Below, in pieces: positions 39,381 through 52,346 of a stretch of DNA of 64,000 bases. The first letter of the stretch is position 1. Every line of letters starts with the position of its first letter. The notes beneath the pieces were generated by a model. That model searched no databases and was not told the origin of the DNA. It worked only from the letters and a program-made list of their open reading frames with translations. A program made the position numbers and the translations under genes. This DNA comes from Fimicolochytrium jonesii (taxonomy: Eukaryota), in assembly GCF_025526975.1 (NCBI RefSeq), contig NW_026515672.1, positions 1,054,001 through 1,118,000 of the forward strand, read 5' to 3'.

Positions 39381-42300
39381 ATGTGCAATCAACCTAGAAT
39401 TGTACCTCTGAGACGTGCTATTTGGCACCAGAGACAGAAGTCCCCATCCTTGCGCTTGGTGCAAGCGGCTCCTGAGTCGGACGTCCGTTTGCTTGGACGC
39501 ATGATGCAGTATCTGCGCAAAAGCAGCGGTCACAAGCTCCTCTCGACAGTCTCCAGCAACGCCGTCCGCTCGCAGCATATTACAGGCCCTCCTATGGAGG
39601 ATAGGGGAGCACTCGAAACCCCGCCTTGCGAAACCGCCACCCCTTGCCAACCGGACGCACTGTCTCGATACCGCTCTCTTCTGTCGAAACCACCAGATAT
39701 TGACTGTCTGTGGGACGCCTATCTCGCCGTAAAGCGACAGAACGATCTGCACTCACAGCTCCTCCGAACGGACTTTCGTAAAGCGATGGTGCAAATCCAT
39801 ACTTCGACAGTCAATGAAAAAGCTGCGATGCTGCGAACACTGTTGGACGACATGCAAAAGAACGGGCTGCGACGCGGCGTCTTTGATTGGAATGTGTATA
39901 TGAGGGCCTGTCTCCGCGAGAACCTGTACCGTCCTGCTTGCGACGCTTATGCAGACATGGTCGATGGCGGCGTTAAACCGAATGAAAGGACGTTCATCAC
40001 CCTGATGCGCATGGCGGCAGAGAGAAACAATGGGGCGGATGCCGAGGCGTGGTTTGCGAAACTCACAGCGAGCGAGTTGAGAGTGGGGCCACGGCCGTAC
40101 ATGGAGCTGATTAAAGCGTACATCAACGAAGGATCGGAGAAGAAGATTGCGGAAGTGTTTCAGCAGATGCGAGACGCCGGAATTGTTGCTAAGTCTGCGG
40201 CGATCAGTATCATGTGTACGGAATGCATCGGCAAGAAAATGCTCCCGCCGTTCCAAATACTGCTAAGGGAGCTGTTCACTATCGATCCACCACTGGCGCG
40301 GGAGTCTTTTGACAGATGTATGAAAATCTGCGCAGATAAAGAAGACGAAGACCTTCTCAACCGCGTAGCATCCCTTCCCGAAACCCTTGGAACAAACGAC
40401 GACGCTGCATGGTTCCACGCAGCTCAAATGAAGAACCGGATGCTTCAGGGAGACTTCGACGGGATGAAAGGCGAACTCATCAATGCGACAGCGTTAGGCT
40501 TTCGCCCTTCGACGGAGGACTTCAATTTCCTTCTCAACGCTTGTAACATGCACGACAAGGTATCCGCGGTCGAAGGGATTCTCAATCTCATGGGGATGAT
40601 GGACGTGCCGTGGAACGAAGGGACGTACGCAGCACTCATACGGGGCCGCGCTCGGCTGGGCAATGTGGAGGCGGTAGAGGAGATTCTGACCATTGTGGAA
40701 GGTCCTTTACCGTTCACTGTAGCACAGCCAGCGCTGTCATTGTACAAGGATATTGGCGATGAAGGGAGGTGGCGAAACTGTTACAATCGGGTGGTTGGCG
40801 AGAAGCTTTCGGTCGATTACAAAGAAGTTCAAGCCTTGATTGCACTTCATCAAAGGCGTGGGAATCACTTCCTGTTGTGGGTAAAGGAGCTGATTAGCGG
40901 AGGCAGCTTAGATGCATCTAAGGCTACAAGGGTGCACCTCACGAAGCAGGTGCAACTTGCACAGCAGGACCAGGACATTGATGGATTGCGATGGATCCTT
41001 CGGCAATCTCGGAAACTCAACCAGCGGCTGAACGTGCCTGGGGTGACCGAACTGGCCTTGAAGCATATGGATCAAGATCTGATCGAACACTGTATTTACA
41101 TTGCCGCGCACCACGAGGACTTCCCACCCTTGGAATTCGTCAACTTGGTACAAAAAAGCAGCCAGGTGACGCTCTCCGACGATGCCCTGAAACATATAAA
41201 ATTGGCTTCCGTACGTCTCGCATCCAAGAGAGTGCTCGTTCCTGCCGTTATATCATACAAGCGGTCGCTTCCACCAACCGAGCGTCTTTCCACCCGGACA
41301 CGGGACGTTGTGGTCTCAGCGCTCATCGTCGCGGACCTCGAAGGCGCTGTCAGATACCTCACAGTTTTCGGACCCGAATCGATCGGCACAGCCGAAATCC
41401 TCCACACGGCATTACGTAACGTTGCCTCGCGGGCGCAAAACGAACGCCCGCAAACGCTCGAATCCCTCTTAACGCTTCTCCTCGACTGGAATCGCTTACC
41501 ACCCACACGCATCACCAATACTTCCCTCCGTTGGCTCGAGAAGCGCGGTGGGCTTAACCCGCGGCTCGCTCTTCGGACGCTGGCCGTCATGGAGGAGGCT
41601 GAGAAGGTCGATAAGGGCTTCGAGCCGAACGTCGGCACCTACCTTATTCTGTTACGTGTCTTCTCAGACGGAAAACACAAGAACCTGGAACGGAAACTGT
41701 GGGACCGAATGAGCAAGGCGCGACTAAAAATGAGAGTCGACCGTACCCTGCATACGACTGAGATACACGCCATTCTATCGGGGATGGAACCGAACAAGGT
41801 TCAGAAAGCCGCCGCGCGCCTCATCCAGGCGGAAAAGAGTGCCGGGTCGTTGTCGATGACCACCTACCTAGCACTCGTCAAAGCATATCTAGAACAAAAC
41901 AATATCGATGGCGCTCGCAAAACTTTGGAAAAACTGCAACAACGCGGGGGACAGGATACAGTAGACATCTGGAACGCGATCCTGAACCACTGTCTCAAAA
42001 AAGACCTCCACACCCCGCTCAACGACACCCAACAGCGGATGAAGCGGTTAAAAATCCCGCTCAACGCCCTCTCGTACTCCATCCTCATCACCGCCGCCTG
42101 TCGACAAGGTCATCGGCGTCGCGCATATCGGTTGCATTACGAGATGGTACAGGTGAATATGGAGGCTAGCGAGCAGCATATGGACACGCTGCTTGAAGCC
42201 CGCGCGAATGACACGGATATCGATGCGATGACGAAACTATACCTTGCGGCGCTCGACGGGGAGAAGAAGATCGAGCGGGCGACTTTGAATGCTGTTGCGG

Positions 42301-43634
42301 CCGCGTACGTGCGCGATGGGGACAAGGAATCCGTCAACGCCGTGTTGTCGGAGATGATGAGGCGTAAACTGGGTCCGGATGCCACGACGTACGAGCTGCT
42401 TTGCGAGGCTTATGGCGTAGCGGGCGATGTGGAGAATATGACGGCATCGTTGGCGAAATGTCTCCTTGCGAGACCGGTAGGGCCGTTCACGCTTTCGTTT
42501 TTGAATAGGGTTCTTGAGGCGCATGCGAATGTGGGCGATGGGCGTGGGGCTGAGCATTGGTTTCATGCCATTCCGGCTGCGGGATTGGTTCCTGATGCGC
42601 GGAGCTACAGGTTTGTGACGCAGGCGTTTGCGAAAGAGGGGAATATGGTCAAGGTTCAAGAATACTGGACCACAGCGGTGGACGTTACCCCGCCCGCGGT
42701 GGACTCGTCAACATTATGCAAGATCATTGAATGTTTCCTGATGGGCAATCACATCGAACACGCTCGCACCGCCCCGATCACACTCAAAAACGCCCAGCCC
42801 CTCCTCACCGTGGACGTCTACAACACCTTTCTCGCCCACTGGGCCTCCCGCTCCCTCACACAAGTCTCCGACCTCACGCACGCGATGCACACCAACAACG
42901 TCCTCCCCAACGGCACCACCTGGCTGCATCTCATGTCCGCCCTCTGTCATTCCCACCGGTACGTCGAAGCCTGGCGGGTCTGGACGGCCGTGCAGGCCCG
43001 GTTGGCCAAGACGCCTGTCCCGCGGGCGGATATGATCACAGCCCCGGAGCTTGCGCCGCATTGGAGTGTGTATGAGGACACGAGCCGCGCGGAACTGACG
43101 CGGGTTTATGGTGGGCTGGCGCTGCTGGCGTTGGAGAGGTGTGAGGCGATGGGTCGGGTGGAGGATGCGTGGGAGGTGTGGCGGGAGTTGATGAGGCGGT
43201 CTGAGCTTGGGGAGGATTGTGCTGCTGCTGATGGGGACTCGCCGTACGCCACTGAGGAGCATCTCGCCGCATTGGTTACCTGTCTCGAAAGTCATAACCA
43301 TGATGCTTTTGGTCTCGTTTTCGAGCGTTCAGATAAGCATGTCACGGTGACAGAGGGTGTGGATGCGCACGCTACACATCCAGTTGCGGGATGCAAGGGC
43401 GGAGATGGGTACGCCAGACCTAGGCCGGGATGTCTGACCTTCACGAAGCTGGCGCAGATGGGCGCGCGGAGACGTAATGGCCAAGCTTGTGTCGACATTA
43501 TGGATACGGTGATCGAAGAGAATGGGGAGTGGATGCATCGGAGGATGAAGAGAAAGTATCCGAAGATTTATGAGGAGATTGATCGCGCGGTCCAGGCGTG
43601 GTATGAGGTGCTTGATGATGAGGATGGTTGTTGA
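39381..43634 (+). CDS. Large pentatricopeptide-repeat (PPR) protein, probably mitochondrial, intronless, 1417 aa
   Basis: Many 35-aa PPR motifs (WNVYMRAC...MVDGGVKPNERTFITLM; PDATTYELLCEAY; PDARSYRFVTQAF; PNGTTWLHLMSAL) and an Arg-rich N-terminus. Confidence 0.9.
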   Translation: MCNQPRIVPLRRAIWHQRQKSPSLRLVQAAPESDVRLLGRMMQYLRKSSGHKLLSTVSSNAVRSQHITGPPMEDRGALETPPCETATPCQPDALSRYRSLLSKPPDIDCLWDAYLAVKRQNDLHSQLLRTDFRKAMVQIHTSTVNEKAAMLRTLLDDMQKNGLRRGVFDWNVYMRACLRENLYRPACDAYADMVDGGVKPNERTFITLMRMAAERNNGADAEAWFAKLTASELRVGPRPYMELIKAYINEGSEKKIAEVFQQMRDAGIVAKSAAISIMCTECIGKKMLPPFQILLRELFTIDPPLARESFDRCMKICADKEDEDLLNRVASLPETLGTNDDAAWFHAAQMKNRMLQGDFDGMKGELINATALGFRPSTEDFNFLLNACNMHDKVSAVEGILNLMGMMDVPWNEGTYAALIRGRARLGNVEAVEEILTIVEGPLPFTVAQPALSLYKDIGDEGRWRNCYNRVVGEKLSVDYKEVQALIALHQRRGNHFLLWVKELISGGSLDASKATRVHLTKQVQLAQQDQDIDGLRWILRQSRKLNQRLNVPGVTELALKHMDQDLIEHCIYIAAHHEDFPPLEFVNLVQKSSQVTLSDDALKHIKLASVRLASKRVLVPAVISYKRSLPPTERLSTRTRDVVVSALIVADLEGAVRYLTVFGPESIGTAEILHTALRNVASRAQNERPQTLESLLTLLLDWNRLPPTRITNTSLRWLEKRGGLNPRLALRTLAVMEEAEKVDKGFEPNVGTYLILLRVFSDGKHKNLERKLWDRMSKARLKMRVDRTLHTTEIHAILSGMEPNKVQKAAARLIQAEKSAGSLSMTTYLALVKAYLEQNNIDGARKTLEKLQQRGGQDTVDIWNAILNHCLKKDLHTPLNDTQQRMKRLKIPLNALSYSILITAACRQGHRRRAYRLHYEMVQVNMEASEQHMDTLLEARANDTDIDAMTKLYLAALDGEKKIERATLNAVAAAYVRDGDKESVNAVLSEMMRRKLGPDATTYELLCEAYGVAGDVENMTASLAKCLLARPVGPFTLSFLNRVLEAHANVGDGRGAEHWFHAIPAAGLVPDARSYRFVTQAFAKEGNMVKVQEYWTTAVDVTPPAVDSSTLCKIIECFLMGNHIEHARTAPITLKNAQPLLTVDVYNTFLAHWASRSLTQVSDLTHAMHTNNVLPNGTTWLHLMSALCHSHRYVEAWRVWTAVQARLAKTPVPRADMITAPELAPHWSVYEDTSRAELTRVYGGLALLALERCEAMGRVEDAWEVWRELMRRSELGEDCAAADGDSPYATEEHLAALVTCLESHNHDAFGLVFERSDKHVTVTEGVDAHATHPVAGCKGGDGYARPRPGCLTFTKLAQMGARRRNGQACVDIMDTVIEENGEWMHRRMKRKYPKIYEEIDRAVQAWYEVLDDEDGC

Positions 43635-43859
43635 ACGAACTACTACCGCTCGAGTCGCTTTGGTCGCCTCGGAGGCAAGCCAAGAGCCCGTGAGCCCTCG
43701 TTGACATGTAGATATATTTAGGCTGGTTTTGCATGTATATTCGTCGAGAAGCAGATCTATCTATACGTGTGTAAATACGAAAATCATCTTTACAACCCAC
43801 ATCGCTTTCATCTGCCGTTACGGAAAAACCGCCGACATTTCCCGCATGCAACCTGGATC

Positions 43860-46800
43860 TCACGCAGACGAAAACGGCCCCGTCCTCGACTCGCCCCCCA
43901 CCCCGGGCGCCAAATACGCCCTCGCACACTTCCTCGCCTGCTCCCTCACCAAGACCGCCGGATCCTCTCTTGCCAACTTATCCGCCAACCTCCGTATCTG
44001 CTCCCTCCTCTTCACCATCCCCTCGTCCAAGTCCTTCTCCCTGAAACACCCCCCAATCCTCAACACCACATGCAACAAATTCAACCTGACCCCCGCATTG
44101 GGGTGCCGCGCGACGCGTTCGACGAGTTTATTCATGAACAGGTCCGATTTTGCGAGGTTGTGTGCGACGGATGCGGAGGCGATGAGGATGCGTTGGAAGG
44201 GGGTTAGAAGGTTTTCGAAGCCGGTTGTGGAGGAGGAGGAGGCGAAGGCGAGGGCGAGTTCGTGGGAGGGGTGGGGGTGGGAGAGGGGGAGGTGAAGGGT
44301 TGTGGGTTGTTCGGAGACCCTGTTGTGATTATCAGAAGGTTAGCGACTCTTTGTTTGACGGTTAAGTCCACAAGAGGGGATGCAAGCGACTTACCAGATT
44401 GAGATAGCCTCCACCGCACTAACCCTCCAAGCGGGATCCCTCAACAGCTCCAAATAACTCTCCAGCACCCCACACCTCCTCATAACCTCCCAGCACTCCT
44501 TCCCTCCCACGTTAACGATATCGCACAGCAACGGTAACGCAAACTGTCGAAGCGGGGACTTGCTTTTGATGAATGTTTGTAAGTGAGGTATGACGCCGGC
44601 GCGGACGGCGACGAGTTGTCGCGGTTTGGAAAGGCGACAGAAGTTGTAGAGGATGTTGACTAGTTGGTTTTGGGTGTCCTGTGGGTGTGAGAGGATCATA
44701 GATGAGCATACAACTCTCACACTGCATGCTTATGAGATGAAACCCCGAGACTTACAACGAAGAACGGAATCTCCCGATGCCCCAAAAGCTCACAAAGGAC
44801 AGGAATCATCCCCGCCCGATCGAACGAGTCCAACGTCTCGGCCGACATGGATATATTCTTCAAGCATTTCAGCAGCGTGACGGTCGATTCCGGATCCGTT
44901 CGGCCCAGGGTGTTCACAAGAACTATATCACGTTCCAAATCAACAACCGCCCCCAATGCCATCAAAGCATGTGATAAAGCAACAGCCCATACCTCTCAAA
45001 CAACTCTCCTCCGCCAACGCGTCCTTAATCTGCGCATCCGCCAACGACAGAGTCAAGAACACGTTCAGAATCTTCCGCATGTAAAGCGCGGCTTTGGGGT
45101 CCCTGTCGAGCGTTGTGAGTACCAGCAGGTTGGTGAGGTTGGGAATGAGGCTGTGGGAGACGAGGAGGAGGGAGAGGGATGTGCGGGATATGCCTGTCTG
45201 TTGACGATAATCAAGAAGATGTGCTGTTTAGACATTAACAGGTGGGGTATGACCAAAAACACGGATTCGTTACCTGCCCACAAATCCCCCCCAACCCCTC
45301 AACCGCACACCACACCACCTCCCTACACCCCTCATAATCCCCCGCCAACATCCTCAAAATCGTCGGTAAGGCTCCGCAAGCCACCGCCAATTTCGGATTG
45401 CCCACACAAACCCCCTCCAACAACCTCGCGGCCTGCACCCTCGTCCTCGGATCCCCTTTCCCGAAACTCGGGTGAATACACCGCATGACGACGGAAAGGC
45501 CGCCTAGTTGGCAGAGGGTTTCGGAGAATTCCGGGTGGTGCGCGTTGCAGGTGTTGAAGAGGATGAGGAGGTCGGCGGCGAGGGGGGTGGAGGTGTGGGG
45601 AAGCGAGCGGAGGAAGGTTATGAAGGGGGGGATGCCGTGCTGGGTTAGGAATAGTTTGGAGGAGGTGGGGTGGGATTGGACGATGGCTGCAAAGTCGCGA
45701 CAGGCGGATGCAACGATGCTCGGCTCCGTAGAGGGTCTCAGACTCGCGATGAATCGTTGAGCAACGAGTGTATGTGCGTGCGTATGGTCATCGTGCTCGG
45801 GTATATCCCCCGTAAATGCTGCCAAATCTGTAGCGAACGTGAACGGATCTGGGTCATCCTCAATATCCAAAAAGTCTATCGCGTCCTGCACCCTCTCATT
45901 CGGGGGGATCAAGCTCAGATCACCGCCGGGGGTCACAAATGTCTTATCGACCTCCTGGCCGGTGAGATCAAACGCGCCCGCATAGTCCTCATCCTCGTTC
46001 GATTCGACAAAGGTGAGGTCGGACAGCATAGTGGTGTTTGTGGTGGATTTCGATTTCGTTGAGGACATTGTTCGGAGCTTTTCTGAGAAGACTGTTGATG
46101 AGATGTTTTTGAAGTCGGATTCCCATTCCGCGTCGTCCGAGTCTTCGACTTCGGCTAGGCTTAGAAGGGTTTGGGCGTCCTGTCTTAGTGTGCCTGATGC
46201 AACTCGTTGGTGTCGTGAGGCGCGATCCCCGTTTTCAGAACCGGACGATCGTCTATGGTCAACCGGCCTCGACGTCGCCGTCCTTTCCGCTATCCCACAT
46301 CGCTCCTCATCCCCCGTTCCTGCCTTCCTCTCCCCCGCTTTCCTCGGATCCCCACCACTCTGCCCCCTCTTCCCCGCCCTCGCACCCACAATCAACGGAT
46401 GCTTCAACAACCTCACAGCACTAATCCTCAAATTGGGATCTTTCTGAAAACACTCCAGCAAAAAATGGCGTAACAGCTGCGAGCAGTTCTCGGGTAGCGG
46501 CGGGTACTCATCGTGCACAACGCGGAAGAGGGCCGACATGGGTGCCAATTTGCTGTACGGCGGGTGCCCGTCCATCAGCTCGATGACCGTCGCGCCGACG
46601 CTCCACACATCCGACGCGGTGGTGGCCCCCGCAAGTTCAATGACTTCCGGCGCCATCCAATAAGGTGATCCAGCCACGGCGTTGGATGTAGCATTGACTT
46701 TACTAGCGATCCCGAAATCGGCGAGTTTGACGAGGCCGTCTTTTGTCGTGAGGATGTTTGCGCCTTTGATGTCGCGGTGGATGACGCCTTGTTCGTGGAG

Positions 46801-47401
46801 GTAGACGAGGCCGTCAAGGACTTGGGCGGTGTAGAAGGCGACGAGGCGTTCGGGGAAACGGCCGAATTTTTTGACGATGCTTGATAGGGAGCCATTTTCA
46901 CAGAATCTGATGGGCGGGGGCAGAAGAAAAAGGCTTTAGCGACATCGGCCTTGCGCGTATGCAGAATCGAAGGATTCCGAGGTTTACTCCATGATGATGT
47001 TGAGGCACGACGACGTTTGCGAAAATCCGATGTACTCCACAATGTTGGGATGCTAGGGATGTGTTGAGAAACATCTCACTCAACCGACTATTCCAAACTG
47101 AAAGCAGCTGACCAGACGTTTCATACATGCAGCTCCTTCAACAAATCAATCTCAGCCTGCGCAAAGAAATCACATCAATACAAAGCATCCTGCTCAACCC
47201 CCACCGCAGTCCCTCGAACAAACCCCACCCACCCACCATAATCAACGTCAAATCACTCCTCGATATATCCACCGTCTTGATCTGCTTGATAGCGACCACT
47301 TCCCCCGAGACCATATTCAGGCCGGCGTAGACGGACCCGAAGGCGCCTTTGCCGAGGCAGTCGCCCAGCTGAAAGGTTTTGGCGCGTGATCGGGGGGGCA
47401 T
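43860..47401 (-). CDS. sepH: Cdc15/Cdc7/SepH-family septation-initiation Ser/Thr kinase with an ARM-like C-terminus (multi-exon)
   Basis: [20 protein letters not shown]...[19 protein letters not shown]...[46 protein letters not shown]...[11 protein letters not shown]. Confidence 0.88.
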
Positions 47402-48265
47402 CGTTGTGGATCTCTTGAAAGGGAGTTCTGTTTAGGTTACCCAGGGGTGCTATGAGCATAAGGAGGACGTTAGGATGCTGTTGGAATAGTTGGGTTGAGT
47501 TGGGGAAAAGGCTATGGGAATGCTTACAATGCTATCACGGCGCCAATAGCAATCACGGGAGGATTCCGACGTCGACGTCGCCGTCGCATGTCACCTCACA
47601 AATGTCCCTGCTACGCAGTCAGCGCACCACCAAGGCCCTATGGTACGCTCAGAAAGTAGCCTGCAACATCCCTGCCGCCAAAAGGTCTGTCTTGTCCTGG
47701 GAATCTTGAGGAAGTCCTGACGCGTGGGAACTTTCGCCCAAGTAATGGGAGACGCGTGGGAAAAGGCATTTCTGACCCGGCCGGGGGCGAATCTGGACGA
47801 CGCAAAAGACACTGAGCAAGACGGGAAGGCTGTTTGTCCGAGTGCGAAGGCTCTCATATATGCCATGCATTTATCCCTGCCGCCCCATAATGCACCTTCA
47901 TCGAAGCGGCCAAGTAAACCCCGTACCAACTTTCTGCAACATTCCACATCCACATATGTGTTGTTGAAGTGTATGTACATTGATGCGCTTCTCTCGGACA
48001 TGGCATGTGGCATATTGGCATTATCATGCCAGTCAGCTTGCCTACGGATGAACGACGAACCCTCCCCATCTGGGCGTCGTCTTCGCCGAAACGTTTCCAA
48101 GCCTCCGCTTGCCTCCCCACGGCAGGTTCCTTTGAAGCGCTACGCTCTCGCTCCCGTCTCCGAATCCCCTCTCGTCTCCGAATCCCCTACATCCTCCTCT
48201 GGTATACATAATCGATCTGATGCAAGGGTACGCCGGACCCTTCCCAACCCGCGGTGCACCCAAAA

Positions 48266-49210
48266 TCACTGATTGCAATCCTCCAACATCGGCGCATCGG
48301 GGTCGATTGGCGGGTGAAGCACCTCCCCAACATAAAAGTACTTTGGACTGTCGGCGTAAAAGCTCGTCCATGTATCCAGGCTCTGCAACAGCAAAAGCAA
48401 AATACAGTAAGCGCCTCATCCCCTCTTCCAAGATCACCCCCGACCCCGCATCCATACCTTAATCTGAGCCTCATTAAGCCCCCGCAAATCATGCGTCAAA
48501 TGCTCCTTGAAACACCCCGTGATATACGCTCGCGCCGCATCTTTACCTGCAAAGAAATGGTAGCCGCCTCCCGGCCCGTAGTATTGCGGGGACGCGCTGA
48601 CGTCGTACACTTTGCCGTTGATGCCGATGTAGATGGGTTTGGAAGGGTCGGAGCCGTCGTAGGTGGATAGTTCGGATTCTGTCAGTGTCACGGGGCGGGT
48701 CTGAACGAAGCGAAGCGGAGCAATGTAAATAAGAGCTAGAGCGATGATCAAACGAGCTTTCCTCGTTGGGTCGATGGATGGTTGGTGAATGGTTGGAACG
48801 ATACCCTGCTCGCTCCGCTAGTGACGAGGAGGTTGGGCGAGAGAAAGAACGAGGCAAGGGTGACCTCGGCTCGCTAACGCTCGCCATCCTCCCTCCCTCC
48901 ATCCTTCCCTGACTCCTTCCCTGACTCCCTCCCTCCCTCCCACGTCCCCTTTCGCTGTCGCTCGAACACCTACATAAACAAAACGCCTCCAATTGGGCAC
49001 GGTATACCCAAAAGTGAGGGAATCCGTCACCAGATAAGACAAGAACGCCGCCGCCATGAGTGATCCCAGGATGAGTACGAGCAAGGTGCGGAGGATGACA
49101 TGCGTTGTTGTTGGGGTTGTGGGGACTGCGGGTGTGCGGTGATTGAGCGTAGCTGCCGCCGGTTTTGGAGAGGAGGCTGGGACGGTTTGTTTGCGGTTAT
49201 GGAGGGACAT
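48266..49210 (-). CDS. Membrane-associated progesterone receptor (MAPR)/cytochrome b5-like heme/steroid-binding protein
   Basis: N-terminal TM segment, then LTESELSTYDGSDPSKPIYIGINGKVYDVS...YGPGGGYHFFAGKDAARAYITGCF; last exon ...WTSFYADSPKYFYVG...EDCNQ*. Confidence 0.9.
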
Positions 49211-49496
49211 TTCGGGTGAGGGCAGTTGTGAGGGAGAGCAGTGCAGCTGGGTGTGGGGGCGGTTGTATTGAGGGCTGTGCGTCCAGAAGCCAATGTCCTG
49301 CCCTTCCCAGCTGTACTGTACTGTAACAACGGACGGAAGAGCAGAGAGCGAGACGGGGCGACGCGAAGGGGGAGAGAGGGGGAGAGGAGACATCACTCCC
49401 GCACTCAGTCCCGCACTCCCAAACCACCCGCCCGCTCACTCACTCGGCATATACATACGCACGCCCAGCTCGGCGACAGGGAGCACATCAAGCAAC

Positions 49497-51704
49497 ATGT
49501 CCGCCGATAAAGGTAGCGTGTCCGTCAACCTCAGTCGCTGCTCGTGTTCCAACCTGACACTTGACCTCCGCGTTTACAGGAGCGTACGCGCCGATAGCGG
49601 ACGTTCCCCTCGTTTGCAACATATACCGTCCGCCGCCAAAGGTATGTGCCTGGGTGGCTGTCTTGGAGAGGTGGGGGAGAAAGAATGGCGGGCATCGACA
49701 TCCTGATTCGAACGTTGTTTGATTTTAGTATGTCATCCCCGACCCCATCCGAGCCCTGGTAACAACCCTCATCGCCGACACACTCAAATACGATTTTGCA
49801 CTCGAGAAGTCTGTTATCGATGATGCAGCGAGATTCAACACCCAGCGCGAAGCCGCTAAAGCCGAGCGGATTGCTAGGCAACAGCAGCGTGAGACTGAGC
49901 GATTGGAGAGGGAACGGAGGCAGGCACCCGGGTTGGAGGTGGGCGGTGGGATCATGCTGCCTTTGGCTTATGAGGTAGGGAGCGAGGAGATTCGGAGCGA
50001 GGGATAGCGAGGAGATTTGCTTGAGAATGCGAGAAACAGCGAGGATATTGTTTGAGGACGATTCGCACAAGGGAGCCTGCGAGCTGGAGTGAATGCGGCG
50101 ACAGCGAGCGCTCCCCGTAATTACGGCTTTTAGCGAGCCTTAGCGAGCGTCAGATCTTTTGCGAGCGAAGCGAGCACCACATTGCGCCAAAGGCGCTAAT
50201 TCCCTTACCCAACCAACCAACCATTCAACCATTCGTCGGTCCGCTCCGCTATCCAACCTTACGGTCGTTCTGATTAGTTTTACCTGATCATCGGTGGTTG
50301 ATGGAGGGGATGGATGTTGATGGGATGATGATTGATGATTGATGGGTTGATGGTGGTTGATGATTGATGAATGTTAATGGTGGTTGATGGAGGTTGATGT
50401 TTGATGGTGGTTGATGGTGGTTGACATCCCTGTCCCTCCCTCGGGTAATAGAACGCATCCTCATCGACGGGTGGGGGTAAAAACACACCATCCCCCATCC
50501 CACCCCCAAGCGACGGAGTGTTGGGGTTAGACGGCAGGCGACTAGACACACCCTCCCCCAATCCCCCATCATCCCACAACCCTCCGTTACCACTCCGACA
50601 CCAGGAAGCGCGAAGCGGCACCGGCGCAGGCGGGATCGACTACCTCCAATTCGAGCAAGGGCTGCCCCCACCCGATCCGTGGCGGACACAGGACGACGAT
50701 GACGATCTGCGATTGCTCAAGGAAGTCATGTCGGCTCCTGATCCAGTTCCCGCATATTCAGAGTCCGCAACCACAGGCGACGTCTCCACAACCCGTCCAC
50801 ACGACCTTAACCACTCGACAACAACCCACCCCCACCCTCACATCGACGACGTAGTTTCCCGCGCCCGCGCCCTCCTCGCCAACCTCAACATTCACGGCCC
50901 CTACCGTCGCGCAAATAACAAAAACACAACAACATCCGCAACCTACTCCTCAATGTCCCAATCACCCACCCACGCACCCCCCGTCCCTGCGCCGCCGCCC
51001 AAACCGGCGAATTTGAACGTGGGGGGTGGGTATGGGGGGGAGTATACCAGGTCGCCGACGGGGCTTGGGGCGTCGAGAGAGTATCCGGTTTTGCCGGGGG
51101 CGCGACCGGCGGGTGGAGGTGATGGTGGCGGTGGTGGGAGTAGGGTGCCGAATATCCCGCCCCATTTGCAGGTACGTTTTGCAATGTTTTCGATTTGGTT
51201 GTATGAGTTTGTCTGTGTATATATCTAATCGCATATACTGAAATCCACTCCAGGAAACATACGACAAAATAACCCAAATGGGCTTCTCCCCCGATGCCAC
51301 CGAGCGCGGGATCCGTGTACACGGCAAAGACGAGAAGAGGGTTGGTGGACACACCTGTTTCCCACTTTTACTCCAAACCCAGCCCGACTAACCATCATCA
51401 CCTCGACCGGTCTCAGGTCCTAGACTTTGTGATAACCTTCCAAGAGCTCCTCCCCACGCACCACCCCGACGACATCCAAGACGCGCTCAGCGCCGCGTAC
51501 ACACCGACATCCCCCACCTCGCCCCAATCGAAGACCGCAGGGATCCCACCGCAGGACGGAAGTCGAGAACGTCGATTTTTGAGTGCGTTTGTGGCGTTGA
51601 AGGAATTGGGGTTTGAGAGGGAGGCGATTCGACGGGCGCTTGTGAGGACGGGCGGGGACAGGGAGAGGGCTGTTGAGGATCTTGTTGGTGGCGGTGGGGC
51701 GTGA
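49497..51704 (+). CDS. UBAP1: UBAP1-like ESCRT-I subunit (N-terminal UMA region, C-terminal UBA/SOUBA repeats)
   Basis: Spliced MSADKGAYAPIADVPLV...YRPPPK|YVIP...KYDFALEK; C-terminal ITQMGFSPDATERGI and LKELGFEREAIRRALVRTGGDRERAVEDLV. Confidence 0.72.
50130..50424 (+). repeat. Dispersed intronic repeat, copy B (core 50158-50194, CCAA tract, GAT/GGTT microsatellite)
   Basis: Shares the 37-nt core and microsatellite tail with 16074-16256; lies in an unusually long (~475 nt) intron. Confidence 0.75.
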
Positions 51705-52346
51705 GGTAGGAGGGGGGGAATATCTGATGGAAAGGGTCAGTGGATCCGCTCATATGTGACGAGGTCTCTTGTACATTTTGCGGATGTGTCCTGGAGGCGG
51801 TTGCTTGAAGTACTGTACTACTGTACATAGATTGTGCTGTGGTTCCCAGCAGTTGTTCTGTCCCAATCAATACAGGGGCGGGTTGAAGCGGAATGCGGAC
51901 GTGGACGCGTTGAGTCCCTTGTGCAGGCGAAACACAGACCACCCCATCGCTCTGTCCGCGGGGCCGCCGCAACCTTCCCGATCCCATTTGGCTCGCTCCC
52001 ACACTCAGAACTTACAGCTGTAGTCCCTCCGCTGCTGCCAGACACAACAAGCCAATATACCCCAGCCTCGCCCTCGGCTCTCACCTCAGAGGCTACTGTC
52101 GTTCGCGAAACAACTCGTTATTCCTATTTGGCTCGCTCTGTGTTGTTGAAACTCCCATAGAGGTGGTGGTTTCCATTGCAATTGCATTTTCCCACCACCG
52201 CATTCGCCCACCGCCTAGAGACGTCCAGAGAACCGTCAAACACCACACACAGCAGCGGTCTGTCATCCAGTCCTCACCCCGACATCCCTCGAAAAACACA
52301 TCGGCTCACAAACGAAAACGGATACCGGCAAAACGAAAACAGCGCA